The translations under genes were made by a program, and so were the position numbers. The notes under the pieces are model-generated. The model did no database searches, was not told the origin of the DNA, and was given only the letters and a program-made list of their open reading frames with translations. Of a stretch of DNA of 28,534 bases, positions 8,264 through 16,371 are shown piece by piece (position 1 is the stretch's first letter; each line of letters opens with the position of its first letter). Source of the DNA: an uncultured Atribacterota bacterium (GTDB lineage Bacteria > Atribacterota > Phoenicimicrobiia > Phoenicimicrobiales > Stramentimicrobiaceae); the NCBI GenBank assembly GCA_964458635.1, contig CAYWJZ010000004.1:1-28534 (forward strand), read 5' to 3'.

Positions 8264-10627
8264 ATGAAAGAGGGATTTGTTGTTAAAATGTTAAAAGTAA
8301 TTAAACGCAATAATACCATACAATATTTTGATCAAAATAAAATTATCAATGCCATCACCCAGGCCATGCGGGAAACGGTCAAGGGGGTTGACCGAGATCT
8401 TTCTACCAGTATTGCAGAAAAAATCGAAAAAGATTTAAAGAATTCTCGGGAGAGTGTAACGGTAGCCGATATCCAGGAACGGGTAGAAACTGAACTAATG
8501 AATAGTGAAAGAAAGGATGTTGCCAAGGTCTATATTCTCTACCGGGAGCAGCGTGATAAGTTAAGAGATATAAAACCAAAAGACAATAAGTTATTGACAG
8601 ATGAATTTATTAGTCAATATAAACATTTGCCCAATCCATTCCCAACTCAGTTAGGACATTTCGTATATTACCGTACTTATTCCAGGTGGCTCCCTTTGGA
8701 AAAAAGGAGAGAGTATTGGTGGGAGACGGTTAGAAGGGCAGTGGAATTTAATTGCAACCTGGTAAAAACCAGCCAACGGGAAGCAGAAACTCTTTACGAT
8801 AATGTTTTTCATCTTAAACAGTTTTTAGCCGGCAGAACACTTTGGACCGGGGGAACAGATGTTAGCTCAAAATATCCCATGGCAAACTTTAATTGCAGCT
8901 TTACTGTTTTAGATAAATTCAGCACATTTAAAGATCTGTTTTATCTGTTAATGATTGGTTCCGGAGTAGGGGTAAGAGTCCTAAAAACTGATGTGCAAAA
9001 ATTACCTAAAATAAGAACGAACATTAAAATCATTCACGAAGCCTACGCTCCGATACCCAAAGATAAAAGGGAGGATTTAACCAGCATTACCTTCCAGAAA
9101 GATATAGCCCACATTGTTGTAGGAGATAGTAAGGAAGGATGGGTTCAATCTCTGGACTATTATCTGAGCATTTTGTCTAAGAAGGAATATCGGCAGATTA
9201 AAACAATTATTTTTAATTATAATCATGTGAGGCCAAAAGGAGAGAAGTTAAAAACTTTTGGGGGGACTGCCTCTGGTTATGAAAGTCTGGAAAGAATGTT
9301 TTCCAAGATTGACAAGATTGTAAAGAATAACTGTTTTGGTTATCTAAAAAAATTGAGAGCTGTTGATTGTATGGATATTGCCAACATTATCGGCCAGAAT
9401 GTGGTTGTGGGAGGAGTAAGGAGAACCAGTGAAGTTGTCTTGTTTGATAAAGATGATCAGGATATATTGAATGCCAAAAATAATTTATATGAACAGATTG
9501 ACGGTAAATGGGTGAAAAATGAAGAAATTGACTATCGGGAAATGAGTAATAACAGTATTTATTATACATCCAAGCCATCTCGGGAACAACTTTCCTGGCA
9601 TGTGCAACAGATGAGATACAGCGGGGAGCCAGGCTTTATGAATGCTGAAGCTGCTGCTAAAAGAAGACCGCATTTAGAAGGCGCCAATCCCTGTATGGAG
9701 GTATTACTGGATAGGGAGCAGATGTGCAATTTAACAACGGTAAATGTTATGGGGTTTGTAATGGACGGTAAATTGAACGAAAAAGAACTATTTGAAGCAC
9801 AACGTCTTTCTGTGAGAGCAGGAATTAGAATGACTTTTCTGGATTTAGAGTTAGATCAATGGGATATCAAGCAGAAACGAGACAGACTGGTAGGCTGCAG
9901 CTTAACCGGATGGCAGGATATGGTTAATGCCACCGGCTTATCTGATGAGGAACAAAAAAAACTAAGAAAAAAATTAAGTGATGTTGCCCATAAAGAAGCC
10001 GAATTTTATGCTAGCAAGGTGGGTGTAAACCCGCCACTTCTGGTTACTACAGTAAAACCGGAAGGGACCCTTTCACAATTACCGACTGTTTCCAGTGGTG
10101 TTCACTATTCCCATTCGCCATATTTTATCAGAAGAGTTCGAATTAATGCCAATGACCCACTACTTAAAGTTTGTCAGGAGCTAGGATATGATATCAAGCC
10201 GGAAAATGGACAAACAGAGGAAAATTGTAGAACGAAAGTGATTTCTTTCCCATGCAGTGCACCGGAAGGCAAAACAAAAAATGATGTTTCAGCTATCCAA
10301 CAGCTGGAAAATTATCGGTCATTTCAAAAAGAATATACTGACCATAATACTTCAATTACCGTTCATGTAAGAAATAATGAATGGGAAGAAGTGGAGGAAT
10401 GGCTTTGGAACAATTGGGATGACGTTGTAGCAGTCAGCTTTGTATCACTCGATGACAGCTTCTATGCCCAGATGCCCTATGAGGCCATAAGCAAAGAAGA
10501 ATTCGAAAAAAGAGTGGAGAATATGATTCATTTTATCCCGTCTCTGATTTCTAAATACGAGAAAGAAGAAAATTCTATTGATCCCGGAGATGAATCATGT
10601 ACGAATGGTGTTTGCCCCATCAGGTAA
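8264..10627 (+). CDS. nrdJ: Adenosylcobalamin-dependent (class II) ribonucleotide reductase, RTPR-like, with an N-terminal ATP cone
   Basis: ATP cone (VIKRN....FD..KI..AI...IQERVE..LM....VAKVYILYR), RTYSRW, AGRTLW.GG, NCSF, GGVRRTS, NPCME (thiyl Cys), CNLT, KPEGTLSQL and a C-terminal CTNGVCPIR dithiol tail. The true start may be the ATG at 8288. Confidence 0.9.
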   Translation: MKEGFVVKMLKVIKRNNTIQYFDQNKIINAITQAMRETVKGVDRDLSTSIAEKIEKDLKNSRESVTVADIQERVETELMNSERKDVAKVYILYREQRDKLRDIKPKDNKLLTDEFISQYKHLPNPFPTQLGHFVYYRTYSRWLPLEKRREYWWETVRRAVEFNCNLVKTSQREAETLYDNVFHLKQFLAGRTLWTGGTDVSSKYPMANFNCSFTVLDKFSTFKDLFYLLMIGSGVGVRVLKTDVQKLPKIRTNIKIIHEAYAPIPKDKREDLTSITFQKDIAHIVVGDSKEGWVQSLDYYLSILSKKEYRQIKTIIFNYNHVRPKGEKLKTFGGTASGYESLERMFSKIDKIVKNNCFGYLKKLRAVDCMDIANIIGQNVVVGGVRRTSEVVLFDKDDQDILNAKNNLYEQIDGKWVKNEEIDYREMSNNSIYYTSKPSREQLSWHVQQMRYSGEPGFMNAEAAAKRRPHLEGANPCMEVLLDREQMCNLTTVNVMGFVMDGKLNEKELFEAQRLSVRAGIRMTFLDLELDQWDIKQKRDRLVGCSLTGWQDMVNATGLSDEEQKKLRKKLSDVAHKEAEFYASKVGVNPPLLVTTVKPEGTLSQLPTVSSGVHYSHSPYFIRRVRINANDPLLKVCQELGYDIKPENGQTEENCRTKVISFPCSAPEGKTKNDVSAIQQLENYRSFQKEYTDHNTSITVHVRNNEWEEVEEWLWNNWDDVVAVSFVSLDDSFYAQMPYEAISKEEFEKRVENMIHFIPSLISKYEKEENSIDPGDESCTNGVCPIR

Positions 10628-11309
10628 GATATAATAGTATAGCTAGAAAGTGAGTTATACTTCCGCCCAGAACAAAGAGATGCCAGATAGTGTGATGATA
10701 AGGTATTTTAGGTGCCAGAAAAAAGAATAGACCTAATAAATAGAGCAAACCCCCAGCAACAATTAAAAATAGCATGCTTATAGGAACAGCCAGAAGCAAT
10801 GGTTTAATTGCCATAAGAATTAGTAAACCCATGACTACATATAGTATTACAGAAACAACCTGTGTCTTATTAAAAAAGAAAGCCTTCATCAAAATTCCTA
10901 TTAGAGCGATTCCCCAAACCAATCCAAAAAGAGTCCACCCCCATGGACCACGTAGAGATATAAGGGTTATCGGAGTATAAGAACCGGCAATTAAAAGATA
11001 TATAGCTGAATGATCAAATACCTGAAAAATCCTTTTTATTCTGGTATTTAATAATCCATGGTAGATAGTAGACATTAGATATAAAACTACCAGAGTTGTA
11101 CCATAAATACCAAAACTGATTATTTGCCAGATATTTCCTTCTGTAATTGCTAAAAAAAGTAGAATAATAAAACCGACAATGCTTAGTATAGTACCTATAC
11201 CGTGAGTAATAGTATTGGCTTTTTCCTGATAAGCCATGTCCAGGGATGCTACTGAAGCATTTTCTGTTGCATTTTCTATCATATTTTCTATGAATTTTTT
11301 TAGGCTCAT
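10620..11309 (-). CDS. Hemolysin III/PAQR family membrane protein
   Basis: ANTITHG, STIYH, FDHSAIYLLIAGSYTP, HTIWHLFVLGGS.THF and about 7 TM helices. Confidence 0.9.
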   Translation of the reverse strand: MSLKKFIENMIENATENASVASLDMAYQEKANTITHGIGTILSIVGFIILLFLAITEGNIWQIISFGIYGTTLVVLYLMSTIYHGLLNTRIKRIFQVFDHSAIYLLIAGSYTPITLISLRGPWGWTLFGLVWGIALIGILMKAFFFNKTQVVSVILYVVMGLLILMAIKPLLLAVPISMLFLIVAGGLLYLLGLFFFLAPKIPYHHTIWHLFVLGGSITHFLAILLYLT

Positions 11310-11564
11310 AAAAATTTATCCTACCAAAATATATTCTTCTTTCACTTCTCTAAAAGATAAAAAATAGTTAGCGTTTATTCATAATTCTAACGATGTATAT
11401 TATATCATAATAATGTCTTTACAGTAAATAATTGCAAGTATTTCGATACAAGAGATAAATCAGCCAGTGGTTTAGTTGTTGGTATAGTGAGATTTTTTAC
11501 TGTTTGTCGGCTATCAGAAAGTAAAATATAGTCTACAAGAAGAAACAATTTATAATGCTGTGGG

Positions 11565-13382
11565 TCAGGCTAAATTCCTTCTATACTGATTACGTGAATG
11601 ATGGTCCAGGAGCTTTTTCCTTAAGCGGATGCTTTCCGGTGTTATTTCTACTAATTCATCTTCCTGGATAAATTCTAGGGCTTGTTCCAGAGAAAAATCT
11701 TTTGGTTTTTCCAAGCGCAAAGCTTCATCGGAACCGCTTGCCCGCATATTGGTGACCTGTTTTTTCTTGTTGACATTAACTTCCAGGTCATTATCTCTTT
11801 TATTTTCTCCCACAATCATCCCCTGATATACTTTTGTAGCTGGATTGATGAATAAATTACCTCTACCCTGGGCGTTATAGAGACCATAAGTGCTGGTAAC
11901 TCCACTTTCAAAAGCGATCAGTACTCCCCTGGAACGTGAGGGTATATATCCCCTGTAAGGTTGATAGTCTAGAAAAAGATGGTACATAATTCCTTTGCCT
12001 TTGGTTAAAGTAAGTAATTCACTGCGGAAACCAATCAATCCTCTAGCTGGGATTTGGAATTCAAGTCTAAGTTGATCAGAGGAAAAATCCTGCATACTTA
12101 CTAAGTCTCCTTTACGAATTCCACACATACGCATAACGGTACTCAAGTATTCTTTGGGTATGTCACAGGTCATAAGTTCTATTGGTTCATGTTTTTCGCC
12201 ATCAATATTTCGAAAGATGACTTTTGGTTTGGATACTTGAAATTCAAATCCTTCCCGGCGCATTTTTTCAATAAGGATAGAAAGATGCAATTCTCCTCTT
12301 CCGGAAACTCGGAAGGTGTTCATTGATTCTGTTTCTTCTACCCGGAGACTGACATTAGTTTCGATTTCCTTAAAAAGGCGTTCTCTCAGGTGGCGAGAGG
12401 TAACAAATTTGCCTTCCTGGCCGGCAAAAGGACTGTCATTAACCTTGAAATCAATAGTAAGAGTAGGTTTATCAATCATGATATTGGATAATGCTTCCGG
12501 TTGTTCCTGATCGGCAATTGTCTCTCCGATGTTTGCTTCACTAATTCCAGCCAATGCGATGATTTCACCAGAAAAAGCCTGTTTGGTTTCAACTCTTTCT
12601 AAACCCTCAAAGACGTAAAGTTTGACAACTTTTCCGTTGAGGTGTCTCTTATCACGTTTGATCAAAATTATATTTTCGCCTTCCTTGATTTCTCCCCGAA
12701 TAATCAGTCCCACTGCCACCTTCCCAACATAATCGTCATAGTCTAAATTGGTTATCAACATCTGTAAAGGAGCTTTGTTTTTTATAACAGGTGAAGGGAC
12801 ATATTTTACAATAGCTGAAAAGAGTATTCCCAGATTTTGATTCATAGAATCGGGAGAAAGTCCCGCTAAACCTATTCGGGCTGAGGTGTAAATTACCGGA
12901 AAATCAATTTGTTCATCATCAGCACCCAATTCAATAAATAAATCATAGATTTCATTCAGAACCTCTTTGGGTCGAGCATTAGAACGGTCTACTTTGTTGA
13001 TTACTATAATAGGAGTGATATTTAGTTCCATGGATTTACGTAAAACGAATCGTGTTTGTGGCATCGGTCCTTCAAAAGCGTCAACTATTAATAGAACTCC
13101 ATTGACCATTCTGAGAATTCTTTCAACTTCCCCCCCAAAATCTGCATGACCCGGAGTATCGACAATATTAATTTTAGTATTATTCCATATGACAGAGGCA
13201 TTTTTGGAAAAAATAGTAATCCCTCTTTCCTGTTCCATATCATTGGAATCCATAATTCTTTCCTTAATTTTCTGGTTTTCCCGGAATGTTCCACTTTGTC
13301 TTAACATAGCGTCAACCAGAGTTGTCTTACCATGATCAACATGAGCAATCAGAGCAATATTCTTTAGATTTGTATATTTCAT
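11565..13382 (-). CDS. typA: Translational GTPase TypA/BipA
   Basis: [51 protein letters not shown], and the C-terminal [13 protein letters not shown] and [14 protein letters not shown] motifs. Confidence 0.97.
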   Translation of the reverse strand: MKYTNLKNIALIAHVDHGKTTLVDAMLRQSGTFRENQKIKERIMDSNDMEQERGITIFSKNASVIWNNTKINIVDTPGHADFGGEVERILRMVNGVLLIVDAFEGPMPQTRFVLRKSMELNITPIIVINKVDRSNARPKEVLNEIYDLFIELGADDEQIDFPVIYTSARIGLAGLSPDSMNQNLGILFSAIVKYVPSPVIKNKAPLQMLITNLDYDDYVGKVAVGLIIRGEIKEGENIILIKRDKRHLNGKVVKLYVFEGLERVETKQAFSGEIIALAGISEANIGETIADQEQPEALSNIMIDKPTLTIDFKVNDSPFAGQEGKFVTSRHLRERLFKEIETNVSLRVEETESMNTFRVSGRGELHLSILIEKMRREGFEFQVSKPKVIFRNIDGEKHEPIELMTCDIPKEYLSTVMRMCGIRKGDLVSMQDFSSDQLRLEFQIPARGLIGFRSELLTLTKGKGIMYHLFLDYQPYRGYIPSRSRGVLIAFESGVTSTYGLYNAQGRGNLFINPATKVYQGMIVGENKRDNDLEVNVNKKKQVTNMRASGSDEALRLEKPKDFSLEQALEFIQEDELVEITPESIRLRKKLLDHHSRNQYRRNLA

Positions 13383-13544
13383 TATTTTTTGTACCTTTTT
13401 AACTATTTATTCTGTAATATAAAAACAGGATAAAATATTAACACAATAAGTTATAATAAGCAAAGAAAATTTCTCTACAAAATAAAATTGACCGGCAAAA
13501 AAGTGATTAACGACATTTTCAACAAAATATTTTATGATTATTTA

Positions 13545-13573
13545 TTGACATGAACTTACTTTTATGCTAAATT
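13545..13573 (+). promoter_or_regulatory. Promoter of the aro leader/operon
   Basis: TTGACA (13545-13550), a 17-nt spacer containing an extended -10 TG (13565-13566), and TAAATT (13568-13573). Confidence 0.7.
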
Positions 13574-13609
13574 TATTTTCAATAATAAACAAAAAGAGGA
13601 TTATTAAAT

Positions 13610-13699
13610 ATGTTACTAAGGAAACAGAGCCAGCAAATATTTAATTTTAACTATTATTATTTTTATTTTATTGGCGATGTTTATGCCTTAGTATCATAA
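13610..13699 (+). CDS. Phe/Tyr-rich attenuator leader peptide (29 aa)
   Basis: SD AAGAGGA (13594-13600), ATG at 13610, TAA at 13697-13699. Translation: MLLRKQSQQIFNFNYYYFYFIGDVYALVS. Eight of codons 11-20 are Phe or Tyr. Confidence 0.85.
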   Translation: MLLRKQSQQIFNFNYYYFYFIGDVYALVS

Positions 13700-13775
13700 C
13701 ATAAACAATTATAAAATAGATACCATAGGCATGAACATCAGGGAGCCTATGGTATCTTTATATGTAGCTACATGT

Positions 13776-13814
13776 AAAGGGCTATAGGTTTTTTATTACC
13801 TATAGCCCTTTTTT
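13776..13814 (+). terminator. Intrinsic terminator of the aro leader (E:F hairpin)
   Basis: AAAGGGCTATAGGT (13776-13789) pairs perfectly with ACCTATAGCCCTTT (13798-13811). A T6 tract at 13809-13814 is followed by AGTTTTT. Confidence 0.9.
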
Positions 13815-13856
13815 AGTTTTTAATTTTTTTAATCCATATAACAGGAGGTTAGGAAT

Positions 13857-14261
13857 GTGGCGATAAGAGGAATAAGAGGAGCAACGACAGTAAAGAAAAA
13901 TGATAAAAAATCTATCTTAGCAAAGACTAAAGAATTATTAATTGCCTTACAGGAAGCTAATAGTTTTGACACCAAGGATATTGCAAGCATCTTCTTTAGC
14001 ATGACCCGTGACCTAAATGCTGCTTTTCCAGCTGCGGCAGCTCGTCAACTGGGCTGGCAAAAAGTCCCTCTTTTCGGGGTTCAGGAAGCAGATATAGTAG
14101 ATACGGATGGACTGAAAAGATGTATTAGGATTCTTGTTCAGATTAATACTGAGAAATCTCAAGATGAGATAAACCATTGCTACTTGCATGAAGCAATGAA
14201 ATTAAGAAAAGATTTAACCAATAAAAAGGAGATTAAAAATGATTGTTGTAATGGATGGTAA
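13857..14261 (+). CDS. aroH: Chorismate mutase, AroH class (Bacillus type)
   Basis: IRGIRGATTV, FFSMTRDLNAAFPA.AAR, VPLF, RCIRIL, YLHEA..LR. GTG start with SD AGGAGG at 13843-13848. Confidence 0.92.
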   Translation: MAIRGIRGATTVKKNDKKSILAKTKELLIALQEANSFDTKDIASIFFSMTRDLNAAFPAAAARQLGWQKVPLFGVQEADIVDTDGLKRCIRILVQINTEKSQDEINHCYLHEAMKLRKDLTNKKEIKNDCCNGW

Positions 14262-15273
14262 GTCAAATGAGAGTCAGATTGACAAGATAACTGAGAAGTT
14301 AGAAAGTATGAAATTTGACCTGCAAATTATCAGAGGAAAGAATAAAATTGTCATTGGTATCATCGGGGATACCAGAAAATTAACCACTTTTCCCTTCCAT
14401 TCTTATCCGGGGGTCATAGATGTTCTCAGGGTCTTGAAACCATACAAACTGGCCAGCAGAGAATTCAAGGAGCTTTCTACTATTGTCAAAATTAATGATG
14501 TTTCTATTGGTGGGAAGGAACCTGTAGTTATGGCAGGTCCCTGTGCGATAGAAAGCGAAGAGCAGATCTATGAAATTGCTCGGAGAGTAAGCAGTGTGGG
14601 GGTTAAAGTACTGAGAGGAGGTGCCTTCAAACCCAGGACTTCACCTTACAGTTTCCAGGGTCTGGGCAAAAAAGGACTCAAAATAATGAGTGAAGCGGCA
14701 AAAAAATACGGACTATTGGTAATTACTGAAGTGATGTCTATTGAACAGATTGATATTATTGCACCTTATGCTGACATCTTTCAAATAGGAGCCAGAAACA
14801 TGCAAAATTTTATGTTGTTAAAAGAGATAGGGAAGACCAGAAAACCAGCAATGTTAAAGAGAGGTTTGTCCTCAACTATTGAAGAATGGCTATTATCTGC
14901 GGAGTATATTTTATCCGGAGGAAATAAAAAAGTAATCCTCTGTGAAAGAGGAATTAGAACATTTGAAAATTATACCCGGAATACCCTCGATCTAAGTGCT
15001 GTTCCTGCAATTAAAGAATTAAGTCACTTACCGATAATTGTTGATCCCAGCCATGCAACCGGAAGAAAAGAGCTGATCGGTCCCATGTCTAAAGCGGCAA
15101 TCGCTGCCGGAGCTGATGGTCTTATTATTGAAACACACCCCCATCCGGAGGCATCAATGAGTGACGGTGCGCAATCGCTGGATCTGGATCATTTTGAGAA
15201 TCTGATATCAGAAGTAGAACAAGTGGCTCATGCGGTTGGTAAGACCTTGAATCACAGTTATGCTTCTGTTTAG
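14239..15273 (+). CDS. aroF: DAHP synthase type I-beta with an N-terminal ACT-like regulatory domain, copy 1 (Ile31)
   Basis: MIVVM...GIIGD regulatory domain, AGPCAIES, GGAFKPRTSPYSFQG, QIGARNMQNF, LCERGIRTFE, DPSHATG, IETHP. Confidence 0.93.
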   Translation: MIVVMDGKSNESQIDKITEKLESMKFDLQIIRGKNKIVIGIIGDTRKLTTFPFHSYPGVIDVLRVLKPYKLASREFKELSTIVKINDVSIGGKEPVVMAGPCAIESEEQIYEIARRVSSVGVKVLRGGAFKPRTSPYSFQGLGKKGLKIMSEAAKKYGLLVITEVMSIEQIDIIAPYADIFQIGARNMQNFMLLKEIGKTRKPAMLKRGLSSTIEEWLLSAEYILSGGNKKVILCERGIRTFENYTRNTLDLSAVPAIKELSHLPIIVDPSHATGRKELIGPMSKAAIAAGADGLIIETHPHPEASMSDGAQSLDLDHFENLISEVEQVAHAVGKTLNHSYASV

Positions 15274-16371
15274 AAAGGAATATTCAGTTAAGAAAATAAT
15301 CAATAATAAGGAGATTAAAAATGATTGTTGTAATGGACGGACATTCTGATGATAAGAATTTGGATAAAATAACTGAAAAATTAAAAAGCATGGGATTCGA
15401 ATTACAGTTAAGCAAAGGAAAGAATAAAATTGTCATTGGTATCATCGGGGATACCAGAAAATTAACCACTTTTCCCTTCCATTCTTATCCGGGGGTCATA
15501 GATGTTCTCAGGGTCTTGAAACCATACAAACTGGCCAGCAGAGAATTCAAGGAGCTTTCTACTATTGTCAAAATTAATGATGTTTCTATTGGTGGGAAGG
15601 AACCTGTAGTTATGGCAGGTCCCTGTGCGATAGAAAGCGAAGAGCAGATCTATGAAATTGCTCGGAGAGTAAGCAGTGTGGGGGTTAAAGTACTGAGAGG
15701 AGGTGCCTTCAAACCCAGGACTTCACCTTACAGTTTCCAGGGTCTGGGCAAAAAAGGACTCAAAATAATGAGTGAAGCGGCAAAAAAATACGGACTATTG
15801 GTAATTACTGAAGTGATGTCTATTGAACAGATTGATATTATTGCACCTTATGCTGACATCTTTCAAATAGGAGCCAGAAACATGCAAAATTTTATGTTGT
15901 TAAAAGAGATAGGGAAGACCAGAAAACCAGCAATGTTAAAGAGAGGTTTGTCCTCAACTATTGAAGAATGGCTATTATCTGCGGAGTATATTTTATCCGG
16001 AGGAAATAAAAAAGTAATCCTCTGTGAAAGAGGAATTAGAACATTTGAAAATTATACCCGGAATACCCTCGATCTAAGTGCTGTTCCTGCAATTAAAGAA
16101 TTAAGTCACTTACCGATAATTGTTGATCCCAGCCATGCAACCGGAAGAAAAGAGCTGATCGGTCCCATGTCTAAAGCGGCAATCGCTGCCGGAGCTGATG
16201 GTCTTATTATTGAAACACACCCCCATCCGGAGGCATCAATGAGTGACGGTGCGCAATCGCTGGATCTGGATCATTTTGAGAATCTGATATCAGAAGTAGA
16301 ACAAGTGGCTCATGCGGTTGGTAAGACCTTGAATCACAGTTATGCTTCTGTTTAGAAAGGAATATTCAGTT
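14334..16371 (+). repeat. Tandem direct repeat: 14334-15289 is identical to 15416-16371 (956 nt, period 1082)
   Basis: Line-by-line comparison found no mismatch over the 956 nt. The first mismatches are at 14333/15415 and 15290/16372. Confidence 0.95.
15321..16355 (+). CDS. aroF: DAHP synthase type I-beta with an N-terminal ACT-like regulatory domain, copy 2 (Ser31)
   Basis: Identical to copy 1 from residue 33 to 344, with 12 substitutions in residues 8-32. It has its own SD (AAGGAG). Confidence 0.9.
   Translation: MIVVMDGHSDDKNLDKITEKLKSMGFELQLSKGKNKIVIGIIGDTRKLTTFPFHSYPGVIDVLRVLKPYKLASREFKELSTIVKINDVSIGGKEPVVMAGPCAIESEEQIYEIARRVSSVGVKVLRGGAFKPRTSPYSFQGLGKKGLKIMSEAAKKYGLLVITEVMSIEQIDIIAPYADIFQIGARNMQNFMLLKEIGKTRKPAMLKRGLSSTIEEWLLSAEYILSGGNKKVILCERGIRTFENYTRNTLDLSAVPAIKELSHLPIIVDPSHATGRKELIGPMSKAAIAAGADGLIIETHPHPEASMSDGAQSLDLDHFENLISEVEQVAHAVGKTLNHSYASV

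Larger units (their letters stand above)
13610..13814 (+). promoter_or_regulatory. Ribosome-mediated transcription attenuator with six segments (A-F)
   Basis: Mutually exclusive helices read by eye. A:B is TACTAAGG 13614-21 with CCTTAGTA 13686-93, plus flanking pairs. B:C is 13676-88 with 13727-39. C:D is a perfect 13 bp, 13718-30 with 13745-57. D:E is 13744-65 with 13770-90. E:F is the terminator. Confidence 0.85.

Noticed and set aside
8264-10627. Intein or intron in nrdJ, a common host for both
   Set aside because: The reading frame is continuous, the catalytic motifs are normally spaced, and no intein splice or homing endonuclease motifs are visible.
13762-13773. Perfect palindrome ATGTAGCTACAT as a TyrR/TrpR-type operator
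   Set aside because: It does not match the TyrR box layout (TGTAAA-N6-TTTACA) and is fully explained as the apex of the D:E antiterminator hairpin.
14239-14261. Cys-Cys-containing C-terminal tail (DCCNGW) of AroH as a functional motif
   Set aside because: It is the by-product of a 23-nt overlap with the aroF start in another frame.
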